Assembly: GCA_949358305.1 (NCBI GenBank)
Contig: OX442314.1
Span: 29,140,001-29,204,000, forward strand
Reading direction: 5' to 3'
Length of the DNA: 64,000 nt
Origin: Strigamia acuminata
Lineage: Eukaryota
Shown here: positions 10,658-20,031 of the stretch, one piece after another
Position numbering within the stretch: position 1 is the first letter of the stretch
Layout of the letters: each line of letters starts with the position of its first letter
The notes under the pieces: generated by a model
The model's input: the letters and a program-made list of their open reading frames with translations, nothing else
What the model was told of the DNA's origin: nothing
The model's database searches: none
Translations under genes and position numbers: made by a program

Positions 10658-11677
10658 TGTCGCGCTCAACTCTAACCGTCGCTAACTCGTGGGTTGATTA
10701 CTTAATTCGACTAACTCACTACCGCTTTGCTCAAGCGGTTTACCCAAAGAAATGATTACACAGATATAAAAGGTAAAATATAATATAGATTTATTCTGTG
10801 GGACAATGTACAGATATATCTTATATATATATATATATAAAAGGTAGGTAAAAGGTAAATCGGAATGGGTGAAGGGAAATGGAAAGGTAAAGGTATGATG
10901 AAAGCTGGCTGGAATCGGCGAGGTCGTCTGTTGTCTCGGTCGTGTCCAAGATGGCGTCCTCGTTGTGGCAACGTGGTGTCGTCTTGGGCCGGCGTGGCAA
11001 TATGGCGTCCTCGGCTCGTCTCTGGCTGGTCCTTCGGGCTCACGCTGGTCGGGCGCGAGTGAATGCTTAGTTAAAAGGCTTACTTCGGGCTGTTGTCTAG
11101 GTTTTTGTGTGGTGTCCGGCGATCACACAGCGGCGGACTCTTCTGGCTCCCGGCGGTCACACAGCGGCGGGAACGCTCGTCGTGGTTTTACTGCAGTTTA
11201 GGCTTGTGCGACCGTTTGTCTGCACAACTCGCTAAACTGGAGTGGTTTTTACTATTTCTAGCTGGTGTGCTAAAATAGTGTGGTAATCTTATCTCGCAGG
11301 TTACTCTGCGGAGTTTGACACTGACCAAACGTACTCACGGTAAATTGTCCTTTGTCCTTGGTCAATCCCAGTATATTTACTTGGGCCTGATCTTGTAGGA
11401 CGACGGGTTTTACGTGTGTTTCTCGTTTGATGGTTGTGTTGGTTCTGCCCGCTCAGTGCAAGGCACATTCCTTTGCACAAAGCGGGGTTGACAGGTGACC
11501 GGAATCACCCAATGGTGGGGTGGACGAGCCATCCCCACTCCCTCAGGGCAGACGCCTGTCCATTGACTAGATGTCAATGCACTGAGGGAAGGGAGACGCG
11601 CTTGCGGCTCCCCTTACACCCGAAACGAGGTCACGAGAGAAACTCTTCGTTGACCCCGGTCCAGTCGGGTCACAACA
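10658..11677 (-). repeat. Gypsy 3' LTR
   Basis: Direct repeat of 23142-24161, adjacent to the PPT. Confidence 0.97.
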
Positions 11678-11713
11678 CTTCCCCCTCCGAGCTCAGACCG
11701 TGGGGCTGAGCGA

Positions 11714-14479
11714 TCACTTCTTTCCTGGGGGACCCGACACTGAGTCCGTCACCTGGGCGTAACTCACTCCAGGGACAGGCGGTTGAGTGCCGGGTGGCGC
11801 GGGTAGATCGCCTACTAACGCCGAGGACCGATCTCGGGGGTCCTCATGCTCCGTAATGAAGCATAATGCATGGCCGTCAACTGGCTCATGCGGGGCACGC
11901 GTCCTCTCGTGTAACCAAACGCTCGGGATGTAGGCGGAGAAGCCGGTGTTCGTATGCCGGATGGCATTGGCTTCCGCTGGCGTCACTGGCACACGGTGGG
12001 CTCTCAGCAACCTCTGGTGGAAGATGAGGTCTCTAGTCTTCCGGATCTGGTTGTGAAGCCAGATGAAGACTGATTTGCCTTTGTCCCGCTGCGCGAGGAT
12101 AAACCTCCTGGTCGCCGTCGTCATCGAGAGATGGGGAAACTCTTCGATGATTCGCCCGTAATAGTCTGGCGGAGGCGGTGCCGGCTTCGGCTTCTGGGTG
12201 GCCGCGGGAATAGCGGCTTGCGTCGTTGTCGCCGCTCGGGCCGGTGAGGTCCCGGGCGGTGTCGGCTTCGTTTGCTCGACGGACCTGACGGGTGGCGTTC
12301 GGCACAGCAAGCGCTTTGGTCTACCCGCCACTTCGAACAGGGCGGGTCCTTGCGGGGATATCTCCGCAGGCATCGGTGGCGGAATCGGAACTCCGCTCGT
12401 CGGCGAGATCACCATTTCTACATCCTCTGCCGATTCTTCCGTCTGGATGGTCAAGGCGCGCAGTTGTTGGGTAGGCGCCGCTGTCCAGGTGGCGGAGGTA
12501 TAACGAAACGCCGTGCTTCGCAACTTGTACCCCTCAAATTCGGGGTTTACCACATCCCTGGTTAGCTCGTACCGAGTCAACACAGGGTCGGGCAGAATGG
12601 AGCTCCACTCTGCGAGGAGTGCACGGGGAACCTGTACACCCTCTCTGTCCACGACAGACCATGCGGCCATCGCCTGACGCCCTTCTCCGAAGAGTGCTGG
12701 GGTTAGCAGCTGCATCATGACCTTGGTCAATGATAGCTGTAGGCTGCGACGATTCACTGGATTCGATCGCTCCGAATCCGCAGTGAAGGCACACGAGAGC
12801 TTACTCATCATCGCCGTTGCCCATTCGATGAAATATCGCTGGGCCTGATCCACACCTCGCAAGGCGGGCGCGGAGACTCTTGGGTCTTCCATCACGAAGC
12901 GAAACGCTGAGAGCTCGGAGATAGTCGGATTGGCGGCTTCTCTCGCGAGTCGCGCTTCTTCGTCTCGCCTCTCGAAAAACAGGGCCGAGGAACCGGATCG
13001 GGGTTGGCTCGGCCTGTAAATGCCGGTCAAATTGGCTCGACATTCCTGCGCAATGCTCTGTCCAACGGGGAGAGGGACTGAGCGGTCGGTGGGTAAATCC
13101 GGCGGATCGCTCGAATTCAACAACGACGGCGGCGGCAGGTTCGGAGGCGGCTGCGTCTTGGTCGGCAGCGTCGGCGTCGGCAGCGGTGGTGTGGGCTGCG
13201 TCGGCGGTGGTGGCGTCTCCGTCGTCTGCACTCCAGTCATTGCGACTTGGAGCGCCGGGAGATGTTGTCCGGAGCCTGAAGGCTGCACGATGGCGGTTGG
13301 CATGCCATCGGGTCGTGGTCGCGAATTAATGTAGTCTGCGAGCCACCTTGCCACCTCGTGTGGGGTCACCTTCCCGTCGGTGACAACACCCATCTTCCTG
13401 GCGTGTTTCATCGCGGGATCGAAACGTGTCAGTTTCGTCCGCTTCATCTGAGTCAGAATCTCGCGAAGGTCCCGCGTATCTGCCGCTGGGACGTTTCGCT
13501 CACCTGACTGGCTACCACCTCGTCGACCCGCTCTCTTGGAGGCGTAGGCGGGTTCGGGGATGGGACGGCCCCGAGCTTCGCACCTCGCGAAGTATCGCTC
13601 TTTGCGATCTTTTTTCCGCTGCTCGCGATGAGTCAGCGGACGTCTAGAAGTGCTGGGACGAGAGACTCGCTCTTCGTCACCAGACATCCAAACCTCCTTG
13701 CACTCCTTACCGTCTTTAATCTGACGGTTTATGAAAATTCGCGGTCGGGAATACTGCGAAGGGTCACGCACCGTACTAGTGGATGGCCCAGCTTCGTTGC
13801 CTTCAGTCGTGTTTTGAGCGACACGCTGCTTCTTGGTTGTCGCTGGGGAACGCGACTGGCTGTCCCCGGCGCCTTTGGAGCGCTTGCGCTTCCGCGGGTA
13901 GCTGCTCTTGGGCCCCAAAATCCCCAGGTAGTGGAGCTGCCACATCTCGGCTTGGGACGTCAAAATTCCCATCCGAGGTCTCCACTGGGGCGTACTCTCT
14001 CCCAATCGCAGCCTCTCAAACCACAGATGAATATCATCCGCGGTCATCCCCTCGTTTTGGAGGATGCGCTCGGCCACTGCCGTAGCGGTATCCACCAGCT
14101 GTTGTCTATAATGCTGGTAGATGGCCTCACGGGCCTCTTCTGTCTCGGCTGCTCGCCACGCATGCAGCACGTGTTCCTCCGCCGGGTTGCCAGTGTACTG
14201 ACTTGACAATCCGGGGTGGAAAATCGGCGATTTCGGGTCATCGTCACGAGCTAACTCTGTGGCGATGCCTTCGCGCATTCCCTCCGGGAACGTATCCAGG
14301 AGCGTGCAGTCTCGTACCCAACGTCGGGCGATGCATCGGGAATGTAGTATTCGCAGGCGCCAAGGGTCGGCGTCTTCGCCGAAACATCGTCGGTAAAAAT
14401 CGGGCAGCGCGCCTCGAAATATCCCGCCACGAGTGATGCAAGCGGGGTCTAATGGTCCCCATGTTTTACGTAGTGCCAT
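11714..14479 (-). CDS. Gypsy ORF3: large Pro/Arg-rich protein of unknown function, not env-like
   Basis: About 920 uninterrupted codons from ATG 14479 (MALRKTWG..) on the same strand as gag/pol, ending just before the PPT. No signal peptide or TM anchor is evident. It has a basic cluster PRKRKRSK and a PPDY motif. Confidence 0.85.
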   Translation of the reverse strand: MALRKTWGPLDPACITRGGIFRGALPDFYRRCFGEDADPWRLRILHSRCIARRWVRDCTLLDTFPEGMREGIATELARDDDPKSPIFHPGLSSQYTGNPAEEHVLHAWRAAETEEAREAIYQHYRQQLVDTATAVAERILQNEGMTADDIHLWFERLRLGESTPQWRPRMGILTSQAEMWQLHYLGILGPKSSYPRKRKRSKGAGDSQSRSPATTKKQRVAQNTTEGNEAGPSTSTVRDPSQYSRPRIFINRQIKDGKECKEVWMSGDEERVSRPSTSRRPLTHREQRKKDRKERYFARCEARGRPIPEPAYASKRAGRRGGSQSGERNVPAADTRDLREILTQMKRTKLTRFDPAMKHARKMGVVTDGKVTPHEVARWLADYINSRPRPDGMPTAIVQPSGSGQHLPALQVAMTGVQTTETPPPPTQPTPPLPTPTLPTKTQPPPNLPPPSLLNSSDPPDLPTDRSVPLPVGQSIAQECRANLTGIYRPSQPRSGSSALFFERRDEEARLAREAANPTISELSAFRFVMEDPRVSAPALRGVDQAQRYFIEWATAMMSKLSCAFTADSERSNPVNRRSLQLSLTKVMMQLLTPALFGEGRQAMAAWSVVDREGVQVPRALLAEWSSILPDPVLTRYELTRDVVNPEFEGYKLRSTAFRYTSATWTAAPTQQLRALTIQTEESAEDVEMVISPTSGVPIPPPMPAEISPQGPALFEVAGRPKRLLCRTPPVRSVEQTKPTPPGTSPARAATTTQAAIPAATQKPKPAPPPPDYYGRIIEEFPHLSMTTATRRFILAQRDKGKSVFIWLHNQIRKTRDLIFHQRLLRAHRVPVTPAEANAIRHTNTGFSAYIPSVWLHERTRAPHEPVDGHALCFITEHEDPRDRSSALVGDLPAPPGTQPPVPGVSYAQVTDSVSGPPGKK

Positions 14480-15325
14480 CTGGAAGGATGGAGAAATAAA
14501 CAATTAATAAAAAGTTAATATTTAAATACGTAGATAAATGGTTGGTTTCGAGGGACGTTGCCAGTACGTGCAGCCGTCCGTCGAGACCGATTCCTGTCTA
14601 TCGGTGCAAACGTAGGACGAATTGTCCCTCGTCGGATAGAAAAAGAGAAGTCATCACGTGAAAAATCTGTCTCATGTCCAAAACGCACAGCGAGACGGAA
14701 TCGAGCCTTTAATCTGGATTCTTATCATCAGATTTTACTTCAAATTAATTCTAACATTAATTAGAACATTACTAATAATTAAATTAATAATTATCAGTCA
14801 TTCGTAAAAAGAATTCGTCGGGTGTAAATTATTACTAAAATCGCACAATAAATGTGCTTGTCGAAATGTTATTAAATAAATAAACCTAATAAAGAATTAT
14901 TCCGAAGTCGGACTTTGTCTAATTTTTAAAAAAGTTAAAGTCAAATTAAATTTATCCAACACACCGAAAAATTCATCGTACGAATGTTAAGTTGCATCAA
15001 TTTGATGCGTCAAATTACTTGTGGAGAAAAAATATTCTTTTACAGAATATTCTCCCCTTGTCATAAAATTATATATGGCTCGAGCCCATTGTCTCGCTCG
15101 TGACTCAAGTCATGAGGAATTTTCGAGACGCGAGGCGACGTGAAGTCTGCGCTCGCACCTCGAAAACAAATTAACAAGGAAAAAAATACGATCGTGTGAG
15201 CGATCGCGGTTAATAATTAATTATACGCTATTTCGAGTGCAAAGCACTCATGTCAGGTATTAGTCAACAAAATTTCTTCTTCAGCAGCACGGAACTAGTT
15301 CTCATGTGCCGATGCCGACTTCTAC

Positions 15326-15415
15326 CTGATCGGGCTGGACTTGGTTTACATCGCGGTCCCAGTTTTCCTCGTCCTCGTGCTCGATGGCCAGCACCTCGTT
15401 CTCTTCCTCGTCCAT
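15326..15415 (-). CDS. Candidate first coding exon of ORF3 (acidic 30-aa leader)
   Basis: cgccATGG Kozak context; encodes MDEEENEVLAIEHEDEENWDRDVNQVQPDQ and ends at CAG|GTAGAA. The phase 0 matches the acceptor ..ctccatccttccag|ATG at 14480. Confidence 0.5.
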
Positions 15416-15635
15416 GGCGAGGAGCGCGCACAAAAATCTCAATCACGATTTAAAAAGGATGATAAAACTATCTCAAAAACTCGGTGAAAAACTCGGTAAA
15501 ACGTTAAAAACGAGGATCACGCACGAATGCAGCGATCAGCTGTGAAAAGCGGAAGTCTGTGTGAACACGAGGTAATCGCGATGGATTCTGGGTAATATAC
15601 TCCAGAACCCGGGTGTTTGAGACTAGTGCGCACCT

Positions 15636-15750
15636 ACCCGTGCGCATGTTACGCTACGGGTCTCCTTTGTTCTCACTCCCGTGCGCGATTGCTGCTACGG
15701 GGTCTTTTGCACGCGGTATCCGACCCGTGCCGATAATTTTGCTACGGGTC
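15636..15750 (-). repeat. Three dyad/hairpin repeats CCCGTAGC-N9/10-GCACGGG (element sense strand)
   Basis: On the + strand: cccgtgc-gcatgttac-gctacggg (15637-15660), cccgtgc-gcgattgct-gctacggg (15678-15701) and cccgtgc-cgataatttt-gctacggg (15724-15748). Confidence 0.8.
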
Positions 15751-15891
15751 CCGCGTTTCCACGCCATCTCGTGACGCGAATTCGACCGATATCCGCTTTG
15801 TTGGACTTAGCGAAATTTTCTGCGACGTGATGGCTTGCACTATCGGTCGATTACATTTATTTTTAGTGCCGCCATCGACTCGTAATTTATT

Positions 15892-18800
15892 TTACTTCTT
15901 TCCTACGACCTTTCCGCCTTTTATGAACGGATTATCTCTTTTTGGTCGCAGGTTACGGATCGAGGCAGGTACGATATTTTTTGTTGTTTTTTGTGTCTGT
16001 ACCTCCTCATTATTGTTTTCTTTTTTATCCGTGTTTTTTGTGTTTGTTTCAGGAGTTTCTCCTGTTTCCCCCCCGACCAAAATTGGATCCGGAACGGATT
16101 CAACTATCTCGTTTACCGGAGGTGAAGGGGCGTCGAAATACTCCTCGTTGTCACTTGGCGGTGCTTTTTCCGACTCGCCAGCGAACATATCGACGATTTG
16201 GCCGTCAGTTTTAGACTTGACTTGGCCTTTGGCCCACATTTCTTGCGGGAATTCCGGAATGTACGGAGTTAACTCTCGTACTTGTATCGACTTATGCTCG
16301 GTGTTGTCCTCGAGCTTGCGTAATTTATACGCGTTACCGCCATGCTTGCCGATGATCACATACGGACCATCTCTCTTGTCGGCCAAGCTGGCGGTGATTC
16401 CTCTCGCTGCATTTGAGAGGATGTGTGTGTCCTTCCACACTAAATCATTGTTCTCGAAATTCACAAATTTTCCACCGCTTTTATCTTGTAAAATGCGGTC
16501 GCGCATGTTAAAAATGTGCGCCATCATATGTTTGTATGTGCTCGAAATTGTTTGCTCCAATTTATATACATACTCATGTGGTTTCTCTGGGTCCACCACA
16601 TTTACCGACTCTGCCACTCGTGGGTCCCAAGGCACTCGTAGCTCTCGGGCGAAGTTGAGGTAGGCCGGAGAAAAATCTCTCGTCCTCGAGACTGTTGTTC
16701 GTATGCTGAACGCGATTTCCCTCAAGTATTCATCCCACCTATTGTGGATGTCAGTGAATATGCTTAGTGCATATTTAATGTCCCTGTTGAGTCGCTCAAC
16801 GGGATTTGTTCTGGGATTGTAGGTCGAAGTATGTGACGCCACAATCCCGAATTTCTCACAAAACTTACCCCAAATTTTCGAGATAAATTGGGGTCCGTTA
16901 TCGGATATTATTTTACGTGGAAATCCGTAACGTAACGCCACGTCGTAGATACATTCAACGATTTTCTCTGCTGAAGGTCTAGCGACGGCGTACAACTCGG
17001 GCCAACGAGTTGCCACGTCCATTATAACGATAATGTACGCATTTTTATTTCCCGTAACGGGTTTTGGGCCCATCACATCGACACTTAAACAATCAAAAGG
17101 CGCGTAAGGCCCTAAGAAAATAGTTTCGAATGGTGATTTACTCCTCGGCTTGCACGCTTGACATCGCTGACATTGGTGGACAAAAAGAGCAATATCTTTT
17201 TTCATCCCTGTCCAGTGAAAAAGCTGTGTAGCACGATAGAGTGTTCTGCTTACTCCCGCATGGCTCGCAAGCGGGTGCCCGTGTAACAACCACAGCACGC
17301 GACCGATTAAGGAAGCAGGTATTACTACCTTTACTGCGGTGTCCGATTCACTCAAGTCATCTTGGTGATTTGGGTGATGTTTCACTAAAAGGCCGTCATC
17401 CAATAGGTAATCTATGGATTCGTGTGCATAACGACGCTTCTGCCTTCTGGTTAAGTTGGGCGGATATCTTCCTGTCAGTACGAATCTAGCTCTGTCCTGA
17501 CATTTTTTGTCTAATTTTTGTTGCACAATTATTTCCTCCCTTGTTGGGGGATTGCTTTTCATTTGCTTGCCGACACGAGCGTGGAAGGCGCTTAGAAGCG
17601 GGTCATTTATTCTCCGCTCTAGCTTAAATTCCTTCTTTGCGTTTGGGTAATTGTCAGCAGCTGGTTGGTATAACCGCGTCCAGAATCCACAGAATTTTAC
17701 GTCTGCCGGAGACGCGGTGGGAATTTCATTCATCTTCCTTAAATCCCAACGGTGACAACTCGTAGGGCAATAAATGATGCGGGAGTCATCCTCGCCATCA
17801 TCGTCAGCGTCGATTGGATCTGACACTGGTGCCCGTGACAGAGCGTCAGCCACGACGTTATATTTGCCGGGCTTGTATTGAATGGTCAAGTCGCATGCCA
17901 TCAGTTCTAACTGCCATCTGGCTAGTCGACCGGCTGGCTCTTTTAATTTCATCAGCCATTGTAACGCTTGATGATCTGTGTGGACCACAAATTTGGTATA
18001 TTCGAGATAATCTCTGAATTTCCTTATGGCCCACACAACGGCCAAACACTCCAACTCGGTGGCATTGTAATTCTTTTCAGCGCCTTGGAGTTTGCGACTT
18101 ATAAACATGCACGGCAGGTCTTGTTCGACTCCGTCGCGCACGTGTGTTTGGAGCAACGCCGCTCCTAACCCAACTCTGCTGGCGTCCGTGTGTAATATGA
18201 ACGGCCGGTTTAAGTCGGGTAGAGGCATTACGCCGACTTCCGTCAGCATCCTCTTTATTGCATTAAATGCGATGTTGCACTCATTTGACCATACAAATTC
18301 GTTTTCATTCTTCAGGAGGTCGGTAACTGGGGCTGCCACTTCAGCTAGACCCGGTAGCAACCTGCCGAAGAAGTTTATCATTCCCATAAACCGTTGGACA
18401 CCTTTAACGTCCTCGGGTGGTGGGAAACGATTAATCGCATCGATTTTTTCGGGGCCAATAGCTAAACCATTGACTCCAATGCGATAACCCAGGAAGGCAA
18501 GCTCCTTTCGACAGAACTTGCTCTTGCCCGGATGCACGTGTAACCCAGCTTTTGCCAGCCGGGTGAGCACTTGGTCGATGTGCTCAATGTGCTCTTCGAA
18601 TGTTTTAGAGGCAATAACTATGTCATCTAGGTATGCCCATACAAACTGATGCAGGATATCACCCAATACGCTTTCGATTAGCCTCTGAAAGGTACTGGGA
18701 GCATTCACTAAACCAAATGGCATGACGTTGAACATCAACCGTCCAATTGGCGAGTAAAATGCTGTTTTTATCTTATCCTCTGGCCTCATCTCAACTTGCC

Positions 18801-19962
18801 AGTACCCCTTCGACAGATCCATCGTCGTAACCCAAGAAAAGGGGCTAAGCTCTCTCAAAATGGATTCGATAGACGGCATCTGTATGGGATCTATCTCTGT
18901 CACCGCGTTTAATGGGCGGTAATCAATGCATAGGCGTGGGTCCGAGCCCGGGCGCATCACGAGCACAACTCGCGTCGCGTATTCTCCCTGGGCCTCGGAG
19001 ACAATGCCACTGTCTAGCATTTCTTGGCACATTTTTTGCACTATTTCACGTTTTTGCGGGTTCATTCCCTTATACGCAACTCGTATAGGTTTATTATCCG
19101 TCAATTTAATTTCGTGAATAGCCCTATTCGTTCGGCCCGGTTTTTTCGACAGGATCCCCTCATATTTAAGTAGGACCCTTCGTAGGGCTGCCGCTTCGTT
19201 TAATTCTAAAGCGGCGTCGGCGACAAGCGTTTCCACTACATTGTCCCGTTGCAATTCTGTTACGAATGCTTTAAAATCGTAATCTTGAACGAATTTCTTT
19301 AGGCCTTTCTCCCACTGTGTCTTGTCGGCCGCTTCTTTTACAAGAGCTGGTGGCACGACAATTGCGGGTCTTTCCTTATCATTTCTGATATAATTCCAAG
19401 ATTTCGTTATTGGATTGGGTTGTATTTCCATTGACGCCATGAGGTCTAAGCCCAACAGAAAAATTCTGTCGCATGTGGGCAGGACCAGGAAAGGGTGCTG
19501 TTCTACTCCTCCGAGCCACTCCATGGTCAATAATATAACTCCTTTTGGACGCGCCATTCCGTTGGCGGTTTTTAGACGTATATTTTTATTAACGCCTTTT
19601 ATCTTATCGGTGAGACCCAATGATGCTACTATGTCTTCGGAAACGAACGAGCGATCTGCTCCCGAGTCTAGTAGTCCCATAATTTTTTCACGTTCTATTG
19701 TCATGGGCAACATACATAGGCGGTTGGTGTATTCGACCGCCACGTTGCACATGAAAACACGAAATTCTTCTGTGTCTTCGACTACTTGAGGTAATTCTTC
19801 AAGCAGTAGGTTCGGTTCTTCCGCCTCAGCCTCAGCGTTTGCGGTAATTACCTGCAAAGCGTTGTTGGCCCTGTCTTGAATTTGGGCGTTAGCTATGTCA
19901 CTACCCATTTCTTTGACTGGTGGCGGCTTATCGAACCCTTTGTTAAACCCCTTCTTCTTCAT
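15892..19962 (-). CDS. pol: Gypsy Pol polyprotein (protease, RT, RNase H, integrase)
   Basis: Protease LLDSGA; RT LCIDYRPLN, MPFGLVNAP, YLDD; RNase H TDAS..ELE..TDH; integrase H-H-C-C and D..SDNG..ER; GPY motif. The frame stays open upstream into the end of gag. Confidence 0.97.
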   Translation of the reverse strand: MKKKGFNKGFDKPPPVKEMGSDIANAQIQDRANNALQVITANAEAEAEEPNLLLEELPQVVEDTEEFRVFMCNVAVEYTNRLCMLPMTIEREKIMGLLDSGADRSFVSEDIVASLGLTDKIKGVNKNIRLKTANGMARPKGVILLTMEWLGGVEQHPFLVLPTCDRIFLLGLDLMASMEIQPNPITKSWNYIRNDKERPAIVVPPALVKEAADKTQWEKGLKKFVQDYDFKAFVTELQRDNVVETLVADAALELNEAAALRRVLLKYEGILSKKPGRTNRAIHEIKLTDNKPIRVAYKGMNPQKREIVQKMCQEMLDSGIVSEAQGEYATRVVLVMRPGSDPRLCIDYRPLNAVTEIDPIQMPSIESILRELSPFSWVTTMDLSKGYWQVEMRPEDKIKTAFYSPIGRLMFNVMPFGLVNAPSTFQRLIESVLGDILHQFVWAYLDDIVIASKTFEEHIEHIDQVLTRLAKAGLHVHPGKSKFCRKELAFLGYRIGVNGLAIGPEKIDAINRFPPPEDVKGVQRFMGMINFFGRLLPGLAEVAAPVTDLLKNENEFVWSNECNIAFNAIKRMLTEVGVMPLPDLNRPFILHTDASRVGLGAALLQTHVRDGVEQDLPCMFISRKLQGAEKNYNATELECLAVVWAIRKFRDYLEYTKFVVHTDHQALQWLMKLKEPAGRLARWQLELMACDLTIQYKPGKYNVVADALSRAPVSDPIDADDDGEDDSRIIYCPTSCHRWDLRKMNEIPTASPADVKFCGFWTRLYQPAADNYPNAKKEFKLERRINDPLLSAFHARVGKQMKSNPPTREEIIVQQKLDKKCQDRARFVLTGRYPPNLTRRQKRRYAHESIDYLLDDGLLVKHHPNHQDDLSESDTAVKVVIPASLIGRVLWLLHGHPLASHAGVSRTLYRATQLFHWTGMKKDIALFVHQCQRCQACKPRSKSPFETIFLGPYAPFDCLSVDVMGPKPVTGNKNAYIIVIMDVATRWPELYAVARPSAEKIVECIYDVALRYGFPRKIISDNGPQFISKIWGKFCEKFGIVASHTSTYNPRTNPVERLNRDIKYALSIFTDIHNRWDEYLREIAFSIRTTVSRTRDFSPAYLNFARELRVPWDPRVAESVNVVDPEKPHEYVYKLEQTISSTYKHMMAHIFNMRDRILQDKSGGKFVNFENNDLVWKDTHILSNAARGITASLADKRDGPYVIIGKHGGNAYKLRKLEDNTEHKSIQVRELTPYIPEFPQEMWAKGQVKSKTDGQIVDMFAGESEKAPPSDNEEYFDAPSPPVNEIVESVPDPILVGGETGETPETNTKNTDKKENNNEEVQTQKTTKNIVPASIRNLRPKRDNPFIKGGKVVGKK

Positions 19963-19964
19963 GA

Positions 19965-20031
19965 ATGGCGCAGACGGTCGAGAAGTTATTTCTTCGCCGC
20001 CTGCGCTGACTCGTTTTTTGACTCGTTTTTT
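19965..20031 (-). promoter_or_regulatory. Predicted -1 programmed ribosomal frameshift signal (gag-pol)
   Basis: Two A_AAA_AAC heptamers in the gag frame (20025-20031, 20013-20019), a 6-nt spacer, then a stem-loop GCGCAGGCGG..CCGTCTGCGC. Pol is in the -1 frame, and that frame has a stop just upstream of the heptamers. Confidence 0.8.

Noticed and set aside
10756..11709. Short ORFs repeated at 10.7-11.7 kb and 23.2-24.2 kb
   Set aside because: They are identical only because they lie in the two LTRs; no coding signature.
11714..14503. ORF3 as a retroviral envelope gene
   Set aside because: No signal peptide, no hydrophobic TM anchor and no furin site followed by a fusion peptide; the composition is Pro/Arg-rich and intracellular-like.
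15827..16663. 278-aa plus-strand ORF and other antisense ORFs within the Gypsy and BEL elements
   Set aside because: Shadow frames of pol, gag and ORF3 with no recognisable motifs.
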